Assembly (NCBI GenBank): GCA_964291215.2 | Contig: OZ219791.1 | Location: forward strand, 480,001 to 544,000 | Reading direction: 5' to 3' | DNA from: Alphaproteobacteria bacterium | GTDB taxonomy: Bacteria; Pseudomonadota; Alphaproteobacteria; MPNO01; UBA830 | DNA length: 64,000 bases | Shown: positions 34,326-44,407 of the stretch, piece by piece | Layout of the letters: every line of letters starts with the position of its first letter | Position numbering within the stretch: position 1 is the stretch's first letter | Position numbers and translations under genes: made by a program | The notes under the pieces: generated by a model | What the model was told of the DNA's origin: nothing | The model's database searches: none | What the model saw: the letters and a program-made list of their open reading frames with translations, nothing else

Positions 34326-35360
34326 TCAGCAGCCGAACGCCGCGGCCACCGAAGCCCGGTCGAGGCCGGCCATGCCGATGATCACGAGCCGTGAGCGGCG
34401 CGCCTCCTGCAGCCGCCAAGGCCGGTCATAGTGATAGCCGATCCGCGCGCCAACCCCCTGCACAACCAGCCGCATGTCCTTGCCGGCCACATGCACGAAA
34501 CCCTTGGCGCGAAGGATGCCGTGATCCACCGCCATCTCGCGGAGTCGTCCAGCGAGCTCCTCCGGCGTGCTGGCATCGGGCAGGTCAAGCACCATGCTCT
34601 CGAACTCGTCGTGATCGTGGTCGTCGGAACCGTCGTGATGGCCGGGGCGCGCCGCAAGGTCGTCTTCGGCGGCTGCGGCAAGCCCGAGCAGGATATCGGC
34701 GCCGATCCTGCCGTGTGCGGTGCGGATCAGCCCGACGCCCGGCCGCAGGGATCCCCGGACATCGGCCGAGACGCGTTCGATCGCGTCAGCATCCATCAGG
34801 TCGGACTTGTTGAGCAGCACGAGGTCGGCGCAGGCAAGCTGGTCCCCGTAGAGCTCGTGGAGCGGGGTTTCGTGATCGAGCCCGTCATCGGCAGCGCGCT
34901 GGCGCGCCACCATGCCCGGATCGTCGGCAAACTGGCCGCGGGCGACCGCCGGCCCGTCGAGCACGGCGACGACCCCGTCGACCGTGGTCCGGGTGCGCAC
35001 CTCGGGCCAGTTAAATGCCTGCACCAGCGGCTTGGGAAGCGCCAGGCCAGAGGTCTCGATCACGATGTGGTCAGGCGGTTCCCGGCGGTCGAGAAGCGCC
35101 TGCATGGTAGGCAGAAAATCGTCGGCGACCGTGCAGCAGATGCAACCATTGGCAAGTTCGACGATGTCGCCGTCATCGCAGAGCGGGTTGCCGCAATCCC
35201 GGAGAAGCTCGCCGTCGAGCGCAAGCTCGCCGAACTCGTTGATGACGAGCGCAAGCCTGCGGTCGCGGACATGCTCGACGAGGTGGCGGATCAGGGTCGT
35301 CTTGCCGGCGCCGAGAAAGCCGGTGACGACCGTGGCCGGGATCTTTCCTGTCATTTCCAT
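34326..35360 (-). CDS. cobW: cobalamin biosynthesis GTPase CobW
   Basis: GFLGAGKTT, NGCICC, IETSGLALPKPL. Confidence 0.96.
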   Translation of the reverse strand: MEMTGKIPATVVTGFLGAGKTTLIRHLVEHVRDRRLALVINEFGELALDGELLRDCGNPLCDDGDIVELANGCICCTVADDFLPTMQALLDRREPPDHIVIETSGLALPKPLVQAFNWPEVRTRTTVDGVVAVLDGPAVARGQFADDPGMVARQRAADDGLDHETPLHELYGDQLACADLVLLNKSDLMDADAIERVSADVRGSLRPGVGLIRTAHGRIGADILLGLAAAAEDDLAARPGHHDGSDDHDHDEFESMVLDLPDASTPEELAGRLREMAVDHGILRAKGFVHVAGKDMRLVVQGVGARIGYHYDRPWRLQEARRSRLVIIGMAGLDRASVAAAFGC

Positions 35361-35487
35361 AGCCGCCTCCCGGCCGACTGCGCTGCGCCTGCCGATTGTT
35401 CCGAAGCCCCGTTATCGCAAAAAGGCCGCCGGTCTGTCCATATGGCGGCGGGCATCCGCCACGGCGATCCCACGCCAGGTTTGTTGG

Positions 35488-37197
35488 AAGGGTCGGTTTC
35501 GCTTGTTCAGGATGATTCGCATTTTTGCCGGCTTTTTGTGAAGCGGCGCAGTATCCGTTGTCGTGGAGGCAGCGGATTTTTTTGAGACGACTCCGGAGGG
35601 TTTTGCGCTCCGGGATGTGGTTGTGCGCCTTGCGCGGCCTGATGTCGCTGGAATCGTGTCGTTGACCGTCATCCTTGGTTTCAAGCAGTTTGCCGGTCGA
35701 GGTCTGCGTGTTCACCTGGCGCGGGCGGTGGATTGGCGCTGCGGGCTGGCAGACGGGCGCCCTCAGCTGCGGGACCGTTGGATTGGCTGGCGCCGCGAGG
35801 AACAGTTCAGGCGGTTGCCGGGAACAACACGAGGTTTGTTGTTCTTGGTGGTCGTTTCCGGGCCTTGCCTCGTTTGCGTTGTCGCGGATGGTGCGGCGGC
35901 GACCGGGAGGCTGCCGTTGCTTGTTGGGGAGTCGTTTGTCTCGCCGACGAAGTTCAGCGGCACCATGTACAAGGCGGCGAACCGGGAGTGCGTTGGCAGG
36001 AGCCATGCGCGCGCCAGCGGGCGCCGACCGGGGAGGCGAAGGATCTTTACGTGTTTCCGCTGCGTCGCGATGTCGGCTGCGGGATCGTTCGCCGCTTCCT
36101 GTGGCGTGGGAGTTGCGGGCGCCGCTGGTCGGCGCAGGAGTTGCGCTCGATTTATCAGCGGCGCTTTCCGGCGCGCGCAGGGGCATCGCCTCGGTACTGT
36201 GCGTGATGGCGCGGCTTGCGAACCGGCGCGGTGGCGCACTACGCGATGACGCAGAAAGAGCTGGAGCGGCGTGGAAGAACAGGGACAAGCCGGTCTCCAC
36301 CGTGCACCGGGTGCTACCGACCCGGGATGGATCGAGGATGCGGCGCGCAGCCGCAGGTCGGCAACGCGGTCGACGGCAAGCGCACCGGCGAGGATCATTA
36401 CGAGACGGCCTCGCTGGCCGGTATTCGATCCTCAACTGTCACGACGGGGAGATCGCTGCCGTCCACGCCGCGACGGCGTTGGCCGTCTGCTCACCCTCGA
36501 CGCGCTCCACACCACCCGCGAGGCTGATCGTCGAGACCCATCGCGCGGACTGATGGTCAAGGGCAACGCACCTTCGAGAGCATCAACTGGAAGACCGCGA
36601 GCGCTACAGCGAAAAGCCCGCGCATGGCCGCCAGCGCACCATCTTCACCCCGCTGGCGAAGATGATCAACTAGTCAAGCAGATCTTCCGCGTCACCCGGC
36701 ACGTCGAATTCAGGAAAACCGAACACGCCATGACCTCGGTCGAACGCGCCTCGCCGCAACAGCTGCTCGCATGGAATCGCGGACACCGGGTAGTCGAGAG
36801 CCATCACCACATACCCACCTTCCGCGAAGACGACTCCATGCTCCGAACGCGCCCGCAAACAACGCGATCACCCTCGTAATCGCCGTCATCATCCACAACA
36901 AGCGTAAGCTGCGCAAACCCTTCAACAGCTTCGTCGACGCCCGCCATGCCGACAAGCGCAGGCAGGTCCTGCACGCAATCACAAGACCAGGCTGACCGCG
37001 CCTCTCTCCCCGACAGAAATCGCAAGCTTTCGAGCCCGGCAACCAAGGCCTCTCGCTCGCCCCGGATACGCCGACCAATCGCGCCCCGCGCCGCAACAGC
37101 GCGTCAGCAAATCTCAAAATCGCAGCCTCGAACGCGTCGACCCGCGCCGCGATCAGGACTCCGATCACATCACATCAACAAGCATGGGATCACCTTG
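35488..37197 (+). mobile_element. heavily degraded ISAs1-family element with DUF4338 remnant
   Basis: Fragments RDRWIGW, ESFVSPTKFSGTMYKAAN (DUF4338); AVDGK, TLDALHT, VKGN, NRGHRVVESHH...FREDDS (ISAs1); right end CATGGGATCACCTTG; left boundary approximate. Confidence 0.7.
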
Positions 37198-38615
37198 ATC
37201 TGTCGGGCTTGCCGGCTGGGGTTCTCGAGGCACTGACGGGGTTGGCGGCCGTGTGCCGTGCGGCGCTTGCCTCGGAACCCTGTCCGGCGGCGTTCGAGGA
37301 GGTGGAGCGGCGAGTTCGGGAGGGCGTGAACGTGCTGGGCTGCGCGGTGCTGGGGTCGTGGATCGAGCGCCTTGACGACGGGGCGGGTCGAACGGGCCGG
37401 GCAGCGGCGGTTCCGTGTGGCGGCGACGCCGAAGACGATCATGGGCACGCTCGGCCCGGTGACCTACAGGCGGGCGCGCTATCGCCACGGCGTGGGTGGC
37501 CCCTCGTTCGTGCCGGTGGACGAGAGCCTGGGGCTGGTGAACGACTGGCTGACGCGCCCGGCCGCGCGGCTCGGGCTGATGATGATGGGCCATTGCACGG
37601 CGCGGGAAGCGGAGGCGTTCTTCTCGGAGATGGGCGCCATGGCGCCGTCCGCGAGCACGCTGCAACGGCTCGTCCGGACCATGCATGAGCGCTGGGAAGG
37701 CCTCGGACCGCAGGCGCTGGAGAGTATCCGCGACAGGGAGGACATCCCGCCCGAGGCGGTCAGCGCCTCGGTCTCGCTGGACGGCGTGATGGTGGCGTTG
37801 CGCGCCGGCGAGGACGGGCGCGACGAGGCCTGCTGGCGCGAGGCCGCCTGCGGCACGGTCTCCTTCCACGGCCGGGAAGGCGAACGGCTCAAGACCCTCT
37901 ATCTCGCCCGTATGCCCGAGAGCGGCAAGCGCACGCTGAAGGCCCAGCTCGCAAGCGAGATCGCGCATATCCGCCACGCGCGCCCCGATATCGCGGTCGC
38001 TGCGCTCGCCAGAGCCTGCCCCTGCGAAGGCGGGGGGCGCCCCCGACAACCGGACCTTCCTGGAGAGCCTCTCGCCCGAGGCCGTCGACTTCTGGCACGC
38101 CTGCGAGCATCTTCGCACAGCCTCCGACCATGCCGTCGATCCCCGCTGGTTCGAGGCTTACCGCCATACCCTGCGACACGACCCGCACGGCAGCGCCAAG
38201 GTGATTCGGGCGCTGCGCTACCTGCGCGACAAGGCAGGCAGCAACCGCACCGCGCGCCCCGCCATCGAGCGCGAACTCGCCTTCTTCCGCAAGCACCGCA
38301 AGCGCATGCGATACCGCAACCTCAGCGACCGGGGCATCACCATCGGCTCCGGCGTTGTCGAGGCCGCAAACAAAACCCTCGTCACACAGAGGATGAAGCG
38401 CTCCGGCATGCGATGGCGCATCCACGGCGGCCAGGCCGTCCTCACCGTCCGCGCCCTCATCAAATCCGGACGCTTCGACCGCGCATGGAATGCCCTCATG
38501 AGCGATGCCGATACCCCCGCAAACGAAAACAAACGCACCGGAAACCAACACAGCCGCGCCGCATGAACCTTGACCCTCAGCCCAGCGCCATCATCGCCAT
38601 ACGAGATTCACGCCC
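37198..38615 (+). mobile_element. ISKra4-family element, 5'-truncated and frameshifted
   Basis: TLGPVTYRRARY, SLDGVMV, DFWHACEHL, IGSGVVEAANKTLVTQRMKRSGMRW; right end GAGATTCACGCCC. Confidence 0.82.
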
Positions 38616-38741
38616 TGTGGTCTTGCCTACGTCACCGCCGCCGAGAATGACGTTCATCCCGGATGCCGGATTCCACTTGAGGCTTTCGATTCCCCGAAAG
38701 CGCTCGATGTGTAACTGGCGAACAATGGCGGTTTGAGACAT
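38616..38741 (-). pseudogene. N-terminal 42 codons of an OLD-family/AAA_15 ATPase-nuclease, truncated by ISKra4
   Basis: Manual translation MSQTAIVRQLHIERFRGIESLKWNPASGMNVILGGGDVGKT (FRG motif + Walker A). Confidence 0.7.
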
Positions 38742-38840
38742 CGGTTTGATCTCGCGACTGCTAACTCATGGCTACTCCAGCTGCACATTGGCAGGCCAGG
38801 ACCTGGCACCCTCTACCGGGCTTTCGACTTTTGTGTGCAC

Positions 38841-40379
38841 TCACGCTGCCTGCTCAAGTGACCACGCAACCCGGTCCGCCACAAACTGCGCGAACGGCCC
38901 GATATCTTGATCGATGCTGGCGCTTTCAAGCGCCGCCAGGTAGACATCACGATCCTCGACCCGGATGACGGTCCATGGATAGCCGCCGGATGCCAGCATC
39001 GCGTTCATGACAAAGCGTGCCATACGCCCGTTGCCGTCCGGGTAAGGATGGATATAACCGAACAGCCAGTGCCCGAGCACGGCGCGAACGGAAGGCTCGG
39101 TTTCAGTTTCCAGCAGATCGAACAAGGCTGGCATGGCATCGCGCACCGCCTCCCAGCGCGGCGGCACATGCCGCGATCCCCGCAGAAACACGGCATCGTT
39201 GCGGTAACCCGCCAGAGCGGAAGCCGCGATCAGGCCGGTGGCGACGCAAGGCTGAAACAGCTCGCGATACCAGTCGCGGTGGGCCTTGCGGACTAGAGCA
39301 CCGGCTTCACCGTCGCCAATGATCTCACTGACCGCCGCCCGCACAAGCTGGAACGCCTGCCAATAACCTCGCGCGGCCAGCGCATCGCGGCTCTGCCGGT
39401 CGGCGTCATGATTGTCCGGGTCCCAGCTGCCCGCGCGTACCTGGTCGATCAGCTCCGGCGTGACGCGGTAGCCCTCGATCGACAGCGAGTGATAGGCATC
39501 GTTCTGATAGATATCGTCAACGAAGGACAAATAGGCTTTGGTATCTTTGGGCAGGCCGGGCGCTTCGGGAAATGCTGCGATCACAGGCTCCCGCATCGTC
39601 TCCCACAACGATTGCAGGCGGCCGACAATCGGCGCCTGCGCCCGGCTCAGCGCACCAAAAGCGTGTTCCGGCTCAAACGGATCGGCTTCGCGGACATCGT
39701 AACCGGCGCGTTTCATGACGCTCAGAATCTCATCGGCCACGTCACCCCTGCCGATCCGGCGGAAGGCGCCGGCCAGCCGGCCGGCGATCACCGAATGACC
39801 GCCGTCAAGCAGCCGCCCGAGCACGTCAGCCGCATCGCGGATGCCCGAGAGTACGACCTGCGCTTCGACCGGGTGCCGGACAAAAAACGCCTCCGGCACG
39901 CGCACCAATGCCGCCTCGGGCACAAACAGCCGCAGCCCGTCCCGGTCCATCAGGTCGGCGTCCGGCGGCGTGTCTTTTTGTCTGAGGTCGTATAAAGACG
40001 TGCCGAACAACAGTTCGACGGTGTTGTTGGCGCCCTTGGGCGTATAGATAATGACCTGCTGCGGAATGACGGTGTTTTCCGCGAGGAGCAGCAATGACTG
40101 TTCCGGGGACAGGTGCCAGTCCGGCCCGAACCGGGCCGTACAATAGGCCGCGCAGAACTCCCAGAAAGAAGCGAACCAAGGCGTCGTATCGCCCGGATCG
40201 GCATCAGGGCTGCAAGAGATCAGCCAGCCCTTCATCACCTCGCGCAAGAAACCGTTCCTGACCAGCCGCTGGCGGTGAAAACGCGTCAGCTCGCCGGAGC
40301 GGAAAACCCGCCGCCCTCGGCCCCGGAGCTTCTGGAGCTGCGCCAGCGACGCAGCGAGTTTCTCATTCGGTGTGACCAT
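38841..40379 (-). CDS. Fic-domain protein (512 aa)
   Basis: HPYPDGNGRMAR Fic motif; SLSIEG. Confidence 0.93.
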   Translation of the reverse strand: MVTPNEKLAASLAQLQKLRGRGRRVFRSGELTRFHRQRLVRNGFLREVMKGWLISCSPDADPGDTTPWFASFWEFCAAYCTARFGPDWHLSPEQSLLLLAENTVIPQQVIIYTPKGANNTVELLFGTSLYDLRQKDTPPDADLMDRDGLRLFVPEAALVRVPEAFFVRHPVEAQVVLSGIRDAADVLGRLLDGGHSVIAGRLAGAFRRIGRGDVADEILSVMKRAGYDVREADPFEPEHAFGALSRAQAPIVGRLQSLWETMREPVIAAFPEAPGLPKDTKAYLSFVDDIYQNDAYHSLSIEGYRVTPELIDQVRAGSWDPDNHDADRQSRDALAARGYWQAFQLVRAAVSEIIGDGEAGALVRKAHRDWYRELFQPCVATGLIAASALAGYRNDAVFLRGSRHVPPRWEAVRDAMPALFDLLETETEPSVRAVLGHWLFGYIHPYPDGNGRMARFVMNAMLASGGYPWTVIRVEDRDVYLAALESASIDQDIGPFAQFVADRVAWSLEQAA

Positions 40380-40559
40380 GCCGGACTATCCGCGTGCTTT
40401 CACAAGTTTAACGCGCTGTATAAGAACAAGTATATAGTGCCGTATCTAGCCAAGTCAATAATGCTGCACATATACACGTAAATTGCGACGTGGAGACACA
40501 AGTCTCAGCTGCAGAGCGATGACCGCAGGAAGCGCGGATTTCTGCCGCGCTCCAGAAAT

Positions 40560-40599
40560 TTGACAATGTCAGATTTTTTGCATATAATACCTGACATTG
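40560..40599 (+). promoter_or_regulatory. perfect sigma70 promoter overlapped by an inverted-repeat operator
   Basis: TTGACA (40560-65)-17 bp-TATAAT (40583-88); CAATGTCAG (40564-72) / CTGACATTG (40591-99) inverted repeat. Confidence 0.85.
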
Positions 40600-40608
40600 G
40601 AGGTTGCC

Positions 40609-41175
40609 ATGAGCGATGGTCCCCACAGAAGCCTGAAAATGCCGCGCGGCTGGAAAAAGCTCGCAGAGCGCGCCGACAACAAGGCCTACGCGCCCGAAGA
40701 GGTGCGCGACGCCCTGCCGGAAGCGCTTGAGCAGGATTGGCGTGCAGAAGTGCCGGACAGCGTCTGCAGACGCGTCCGTGACATACTTGGCGATAATCAG
40801 AGTTCGCTGTTTGGCGATCAGCGGGCCGAGCGGCTCGAAGCCCTGCGCGGAGAGACGGCCGGATACGCGCTTGGCAATGCCTTGCTCGATTATGCGATTG
40901 AGGTGGCTGCGCAGGGATGCGACGGCGATGAGGCGTTGAGAGAAGCGGCCGGCAAGGCGTTGACGGATCGCGCCGCGCGCGGCGCCCGCCAGGTCGAGGA
41001 GCACTATTGCCGCGAGTCCACGCTCCACCGTGCCGCTCACGTGCGTGAAAGTATCGAAACCGGGGTAACGCAATCGGACATCGACGGCATTGCCGGGCGG
41101 CTCGTCGGCACCGACAAGAGTGAAAAACCGCGACCGGCCAAGCAGACGGGCCTCGATGACGGGGTGCAGCTATGA
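40609..41175 (+). CDS. hypothetical helical protein, coupled to the QueC-like gene (QatB-like position)
   Basis: GGAGG RBS; MSDGPHRSL N terminus; ATGA overlap with the next gene. Confidence 0.85.
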   Translation: MSDGPHRSLKMPRGWKKLAERADNKAYAPEEVRDALPEALEQDWRAEVPDSVCRRVRDILGDNQSSLFGDQRAERLEALRGETAGYALGNALLDYAIEVAAQGCDGDEALREAAGKALTDRAARGARQVEEHYCRESTLHRAAHVRESIETGVTQSDIDGIAGRLVGTDKSEKPRPAKQTGLDDGVQL

Positions 41176-42566
41176 AGGGCACTGCCGCCGGGAACGCCGC
41201 CGAACTGCCAATACACCGTGTAGACGTTGTCGAGCCGGGGGTGCCGGCACGGCGGCATCGTATCAGGTGCGAGATCGGGGAGACCCTGAGATTCGATACG
41301 GCTGGGCTGGAAGCCTATTGCCTTGCGAATTGGGATGCGCGGGTCTTTGACGCGTTCGTACTCGCGGCCGCCATACAGTTCTGCGACCACACGAAAGCCA
41401 GGCCTTCCGCCCGCTGGGGCCGCGAGATCATCCTGCGCATACCCGTCCATGAACCTACGCATTGGCGTTCGGCGGCGGTTTCAGAGGCATTGCACGGGGC
41501 GTTGGGATTTCTAACCGGCGACCGGTGGCACATCGAATTTGTCGCGCGAAAGAAGTCGGAGTCCCCGCCCCGGCAGCAAAACCTGAGTCTGCCGGACGGC
41601 GAACGCGTCGTTATCCCGTTTCGCGACGGCCTGGACTCGCGGGCGGTCGCCGGTCTGGCGGAACGTGAACATGGCCATAAGCTGATTCGAGTTCGGCTAG
41701 GGTCGCGGTCGCTCAACGGCCATCGCGCCAAAGGCGAGCGCGTGCCCTTTGCTTCGGTGCCGTACCATGTGCGTTTTGGTCGTCGGGGGTCGGTGGAAAC
41801 GAGCGCGCATTCGCGCGGGTTCAAGTTTGCGCTGTTGAGCGGGATCGCGGCCTATCTGTCGCAGGCCCGGCAAGTGATCGTGCCCGAAAGCGGCCAGGGA
41901 GCCCTCGGCCCAGTCCTCGTTCCGGTCGGCCAGGCCTATGAGGACTACCGGAATCATCCGCTCTTCACGGATCGTATGGAAGTCTTTTTATCCGCACTAT
42001 TTGGCCACGAAATTCGGTACACCCATCCGCGTCTCTGGCACACCAAGGCCGAAACGGTGGCAGCGTTCACTGCCGCGTGCCCGGACGGGACGAACTGGGC
42101 GCAGACGCGCTCGTGCTGGCAGGGACAGCGGCAGGCATCCGTATCCGGAAAGTGGCGCCAATGCGGCATCTGTGCCGCCTGCTTGCTCAGACGTATGAGC
42201 GTGCACGCCATGGGCGGCACTGAAGACAGAGCGACGTATATCTGGGAGGACTTGAGTGCCGCCCGCTTCGATGACGGCGCCACCACTGGTTTCAGGAAAA
42301 CCAGGCCGCAGGGCGCCCTCTACGAGTATGCGATTGCGGGGGCGCTTCACCTCGATCATCTGGCGGGGCTGCAGCATTCGCCGGCAAACCAGGTTCTGCT
42401 GGACCGGCAGGTCTTTCAGCTAAGCCGGTCGCTCGGCGTTGCGGAACAGGAAACGCGGCAAAAACTGGAGCGACTGCTCAGCCAGCACGCAAAAGAATGG
42501 AAAGACTTTGTCGGGTCCCTGGGTCCACGCTCATTCGTGGCGCAGTGGGCTTTGGGGGGACCATGA
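41172..42566 (+). CDS. QueC/QatC-like PP-loop protein
   Basis: PP-loop variant PFRDGLDS, HP, TKAE, Zn motif TRSC...CGICAACLLRR; QatC-like N-terminal segment WGREIILRIPV; 464 aa. Confidence 0.85.
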   Translation: MKGTAAGNAAELPIHRVDVVEPGVPARRHRIRCEIGETLRFDTAGLEAYCLANWDARVFDAFVLAAAIQFCDHTKARPSARWGREIILRIPVHEPTHWRSAAVSEALHGALGFLTGDRWHIEFVARKKSESPPRQQNLSLPDGERVVIPFRDGLDSRAVAGLAEREHGHKLIRVRLGSRSLNGHRAKGERVPFASVPYHVRFGRRGSVETSAHSRGFKFALLSGIAAYLSQARQVIVPESGQGALGPVLVPVGQAYEDYRNHPLFTDRMEVFLSALFGHEIRYTHPRLWHTKAETVAAFTAACPDGTNWAQTRSCWQGQRQASVSGKWRQCGICAACLLRRMSVHAMGGTEDRATYIWEDLSAARFDDGATTGFRKTRPQGALYEYAIAGALHLDHLAGLQHSPANQVLLDRQVFQLSRSLGVAEQETRQKLERLLSQHAKEWKDFVGSLGPRSFVAQWALGGP

Positions 42567-42567
42567 T

Positions 42568-43746
42568 ATGGCGCTGGAGGAACTTAACTCTCAGGATGTC
42601 GGTGAACGTTTGCGGATTGCACGCGAAGAGGCCGGCATTACGCAGGCCGACGCTGCGGCGGGCATCGAAGTCGCGCGAACGACGCTTGTCGCCATAGAAA
42701 AAGGCCAGCGGCGCATCCGGCCGGACGAACTTCAGCGTCTCGCCCGCCTTTACGATACGTCTGTCAATGCGCTGTTGCGGCGCGAGTCCGTCTATGTCGA
42801 TCTCGTACCGCGCTTTAGGAAAGTTAGCACGAGCACTGACGAGGCAGCGGATGCAGCGGCGCGCCTGCTTGCCGATCTGGTCCGGGCCGAAGTGGAGCTT
42901 GAAAATATCCTGGGGATCAAGCGGACGCGGAACTATCCGCCCGAGCGCCCGATCATGCCCGGCGATGTGCGAGCGCAGGCGGAAAACGATGCGACGGAGC
43001 TTCGTCAGTGGCTTGGCCTTGGGCAAGCCCCGGTACGTGAGCTCATCAGCCTTCTGGAACTCGATCTTGGCGTTCGCGTCTATGTCCGGCGTGTTGATCC
43101 GCGCATTTCCGGGCTGTTCGCCTATGACGAGGAGCTCGGCGCCTGCATGCTACTCAACGCGAATCACCCGCGGGAGCGCCGGATGCAATCCGGAGGCCAC
43201 GAACTCGGCCACTTTGTTTCAACGCGGCGGAAGGCTGAAATCCTGCATGTCGACGAGGAAGAAAACTCACGGGAAGAACGCTACGCAAATGCGTTTGGCC
43301 GCGCTTTCCTGACGCCGGCGCGCACTGTCATGCAAAGATTCCGCGAAATCACGGCGGGGGCGTCACGCCTGACGCGCCGGCATGTCATCCTCCTGGCTCA
43401 TGCTTTCGGGGTCTCGCGGGAAGCGATGGTGCGGCGGCTGGAAGAGCTAGCCCTGGCCAAGCCAGGCACGTGGGACTGGTTCGTGGCCAATGGCGGCATC
43501 ACCGATGCGCAGGCCCGGCAGGTTCTGGGCGATCTGACCCCGCTCGATATGGGCAAACAAGATGCGGACCGGCCTACGACGTTGCGGCTGAATCTGCTGG
43601 CCGCGGAGGCGTGGCGCCAGGACCTCCTCAGCGAAGGTCAGCTCACCCGCTTATTGCACCTTGACCGCCTCGGCTTGCGCGAAATTCTGGACAATGTGGA
43701 GATCGAAGGGAGCGAGGCGGATGGAATGCCAAAGCTGCCTGAATGA
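42568..43746 (+). CDS. XRE-HTH + ImmA/IrrE (M78) metallopeptidase fusion
   Basis: GERLRIARE...TQADAA...RTTLVAIEKG; HELGH; ERYANAF. Confidence 0.92.
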   Translation: MALEELNSQDVGERLRIAREEAGITQADAAAGIEVARTTLVAIEKGQRRIRPDELQRLARLYDTSVNALLRRESVYVDLVPRFRKVSTSTDEAADAAARLLADLVRAEVELENILGIKRTRNYPPERPIMPGDVRAQAENDATELRQWLGLGQAPVRELISLLELDLGVRVYVRRVDPRISGLFAYDEELGACMLLNANHPRERRMQSGGHELGHFVSTRRKAEILHVDEEENSREERYANAFGRAFLTPARTVMQRFREITAGASRLTRRHVILLAHAFGVSREAMVRRLEELALAKPGTWDWFVANGGITDAQARQVLGDLTPLDMGKQDADRPTTLRLNLLAAEAWRQDLLSEGQLTRLLHLDRLGLREILDNVEIEGSEADGMPKLPE

Positions 43747-44332
43747 TCCCACGACCCTCGTTGTCGCTGATGCCAGTGTCGCAATCAATTTGAATGCGAC
43801 CGGCTTCGCCGCTTCCATATTGGAGGCGTTGCCGAACAGGTTTGCCGTAGTCGAGGAGGTCGCCCTTGAGCTTGAGAACGGGCGGCGGCGCGGGCGCAAC
43901 GACGCCGATGCCCTTAACACTCTTGTCGTTGCCGGCCGCGTTGACATCGTGCGGCTGGGAAACCCCGCCATAGGGTATTTCACGTCGCTTGTTTCAGGGT
44001 CGGCGGCAGAGACACTCGATGACGGTGAGGCCGCGACGATCGCCTACGCCCTGGAACACGGCGCCACAGCCCTGATCGATGAACGCAAAGCCAAGAGGAT
44101 TTGTGCGGAGCGGTACGGCGCTCTGGCCACCGGCTGCACCATCGACATCCTGGCCCATAACGGGGTCGAAGCGGCCCTCGGGCACAGCAGACTTGCCGAT
44201 GGGGTATTCAACGCCCTGTATCACGGCCGCATGCGCGTGCTGGCGCAACACATGAATTGGGTCGTCAATCTGATTGGTTCTGAGCGTGCGGCGCAATGCG
44301 TTTCTTTGCCAAGATCAGTTCGACCGCGTTGA
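43721..44332 (+). CDS. PIN-domain protein
   Basis: VVADASVAINL, LDDGEAATIAYA, IDERKA; overlaps the peptidase 3' end. Confidence 0.8.
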   Translation: MECQSCLNDPTTLVVADASVAINLNATGFAASILEALPNRFAVVEEVALELENGRRRGRNDADALNTLVVAGRVDIVRLGNPAIGYFTSLVSGSAAETLDDGEAATIAYALEHGATALIDERKAKRICAERYGALATGCTIDILAHNGVEAALGHSRLADGVFNALYHGRMRVLAQHMNWVVNLIGSERAAQCVSLPRSVRPR

Positions 44333-44407
44333 AGTCCTACAAATGATGGCAACTTGCAGCGTTCTGCTCACTCAGCTCCAATTAGCAGAGGCGGGAGAAG
44401 AGGACTA

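Noticed and set aside
30959-34381. 1140-aa plus-strand ORF and similar long ORFs (21929-23872, 16948-18264, 55984-57369, 722-2014)
   Set aside because: Antisense shadows of real GC-rich genes (cobN, cobJ, leuS, hsdM, ccmI); no motifs
35361-35487. Expected cobalamin riboswitch upstream of cobW
   Set aside because: No B12-box or other conserved riboswitch elements recognised on the minus strand
41172-42566. Housekeeping queC for queuosine synthesis
   Set aside because: About twice the usual length, QatC-like N terminus, no queD/queE neighbours, defence-island context
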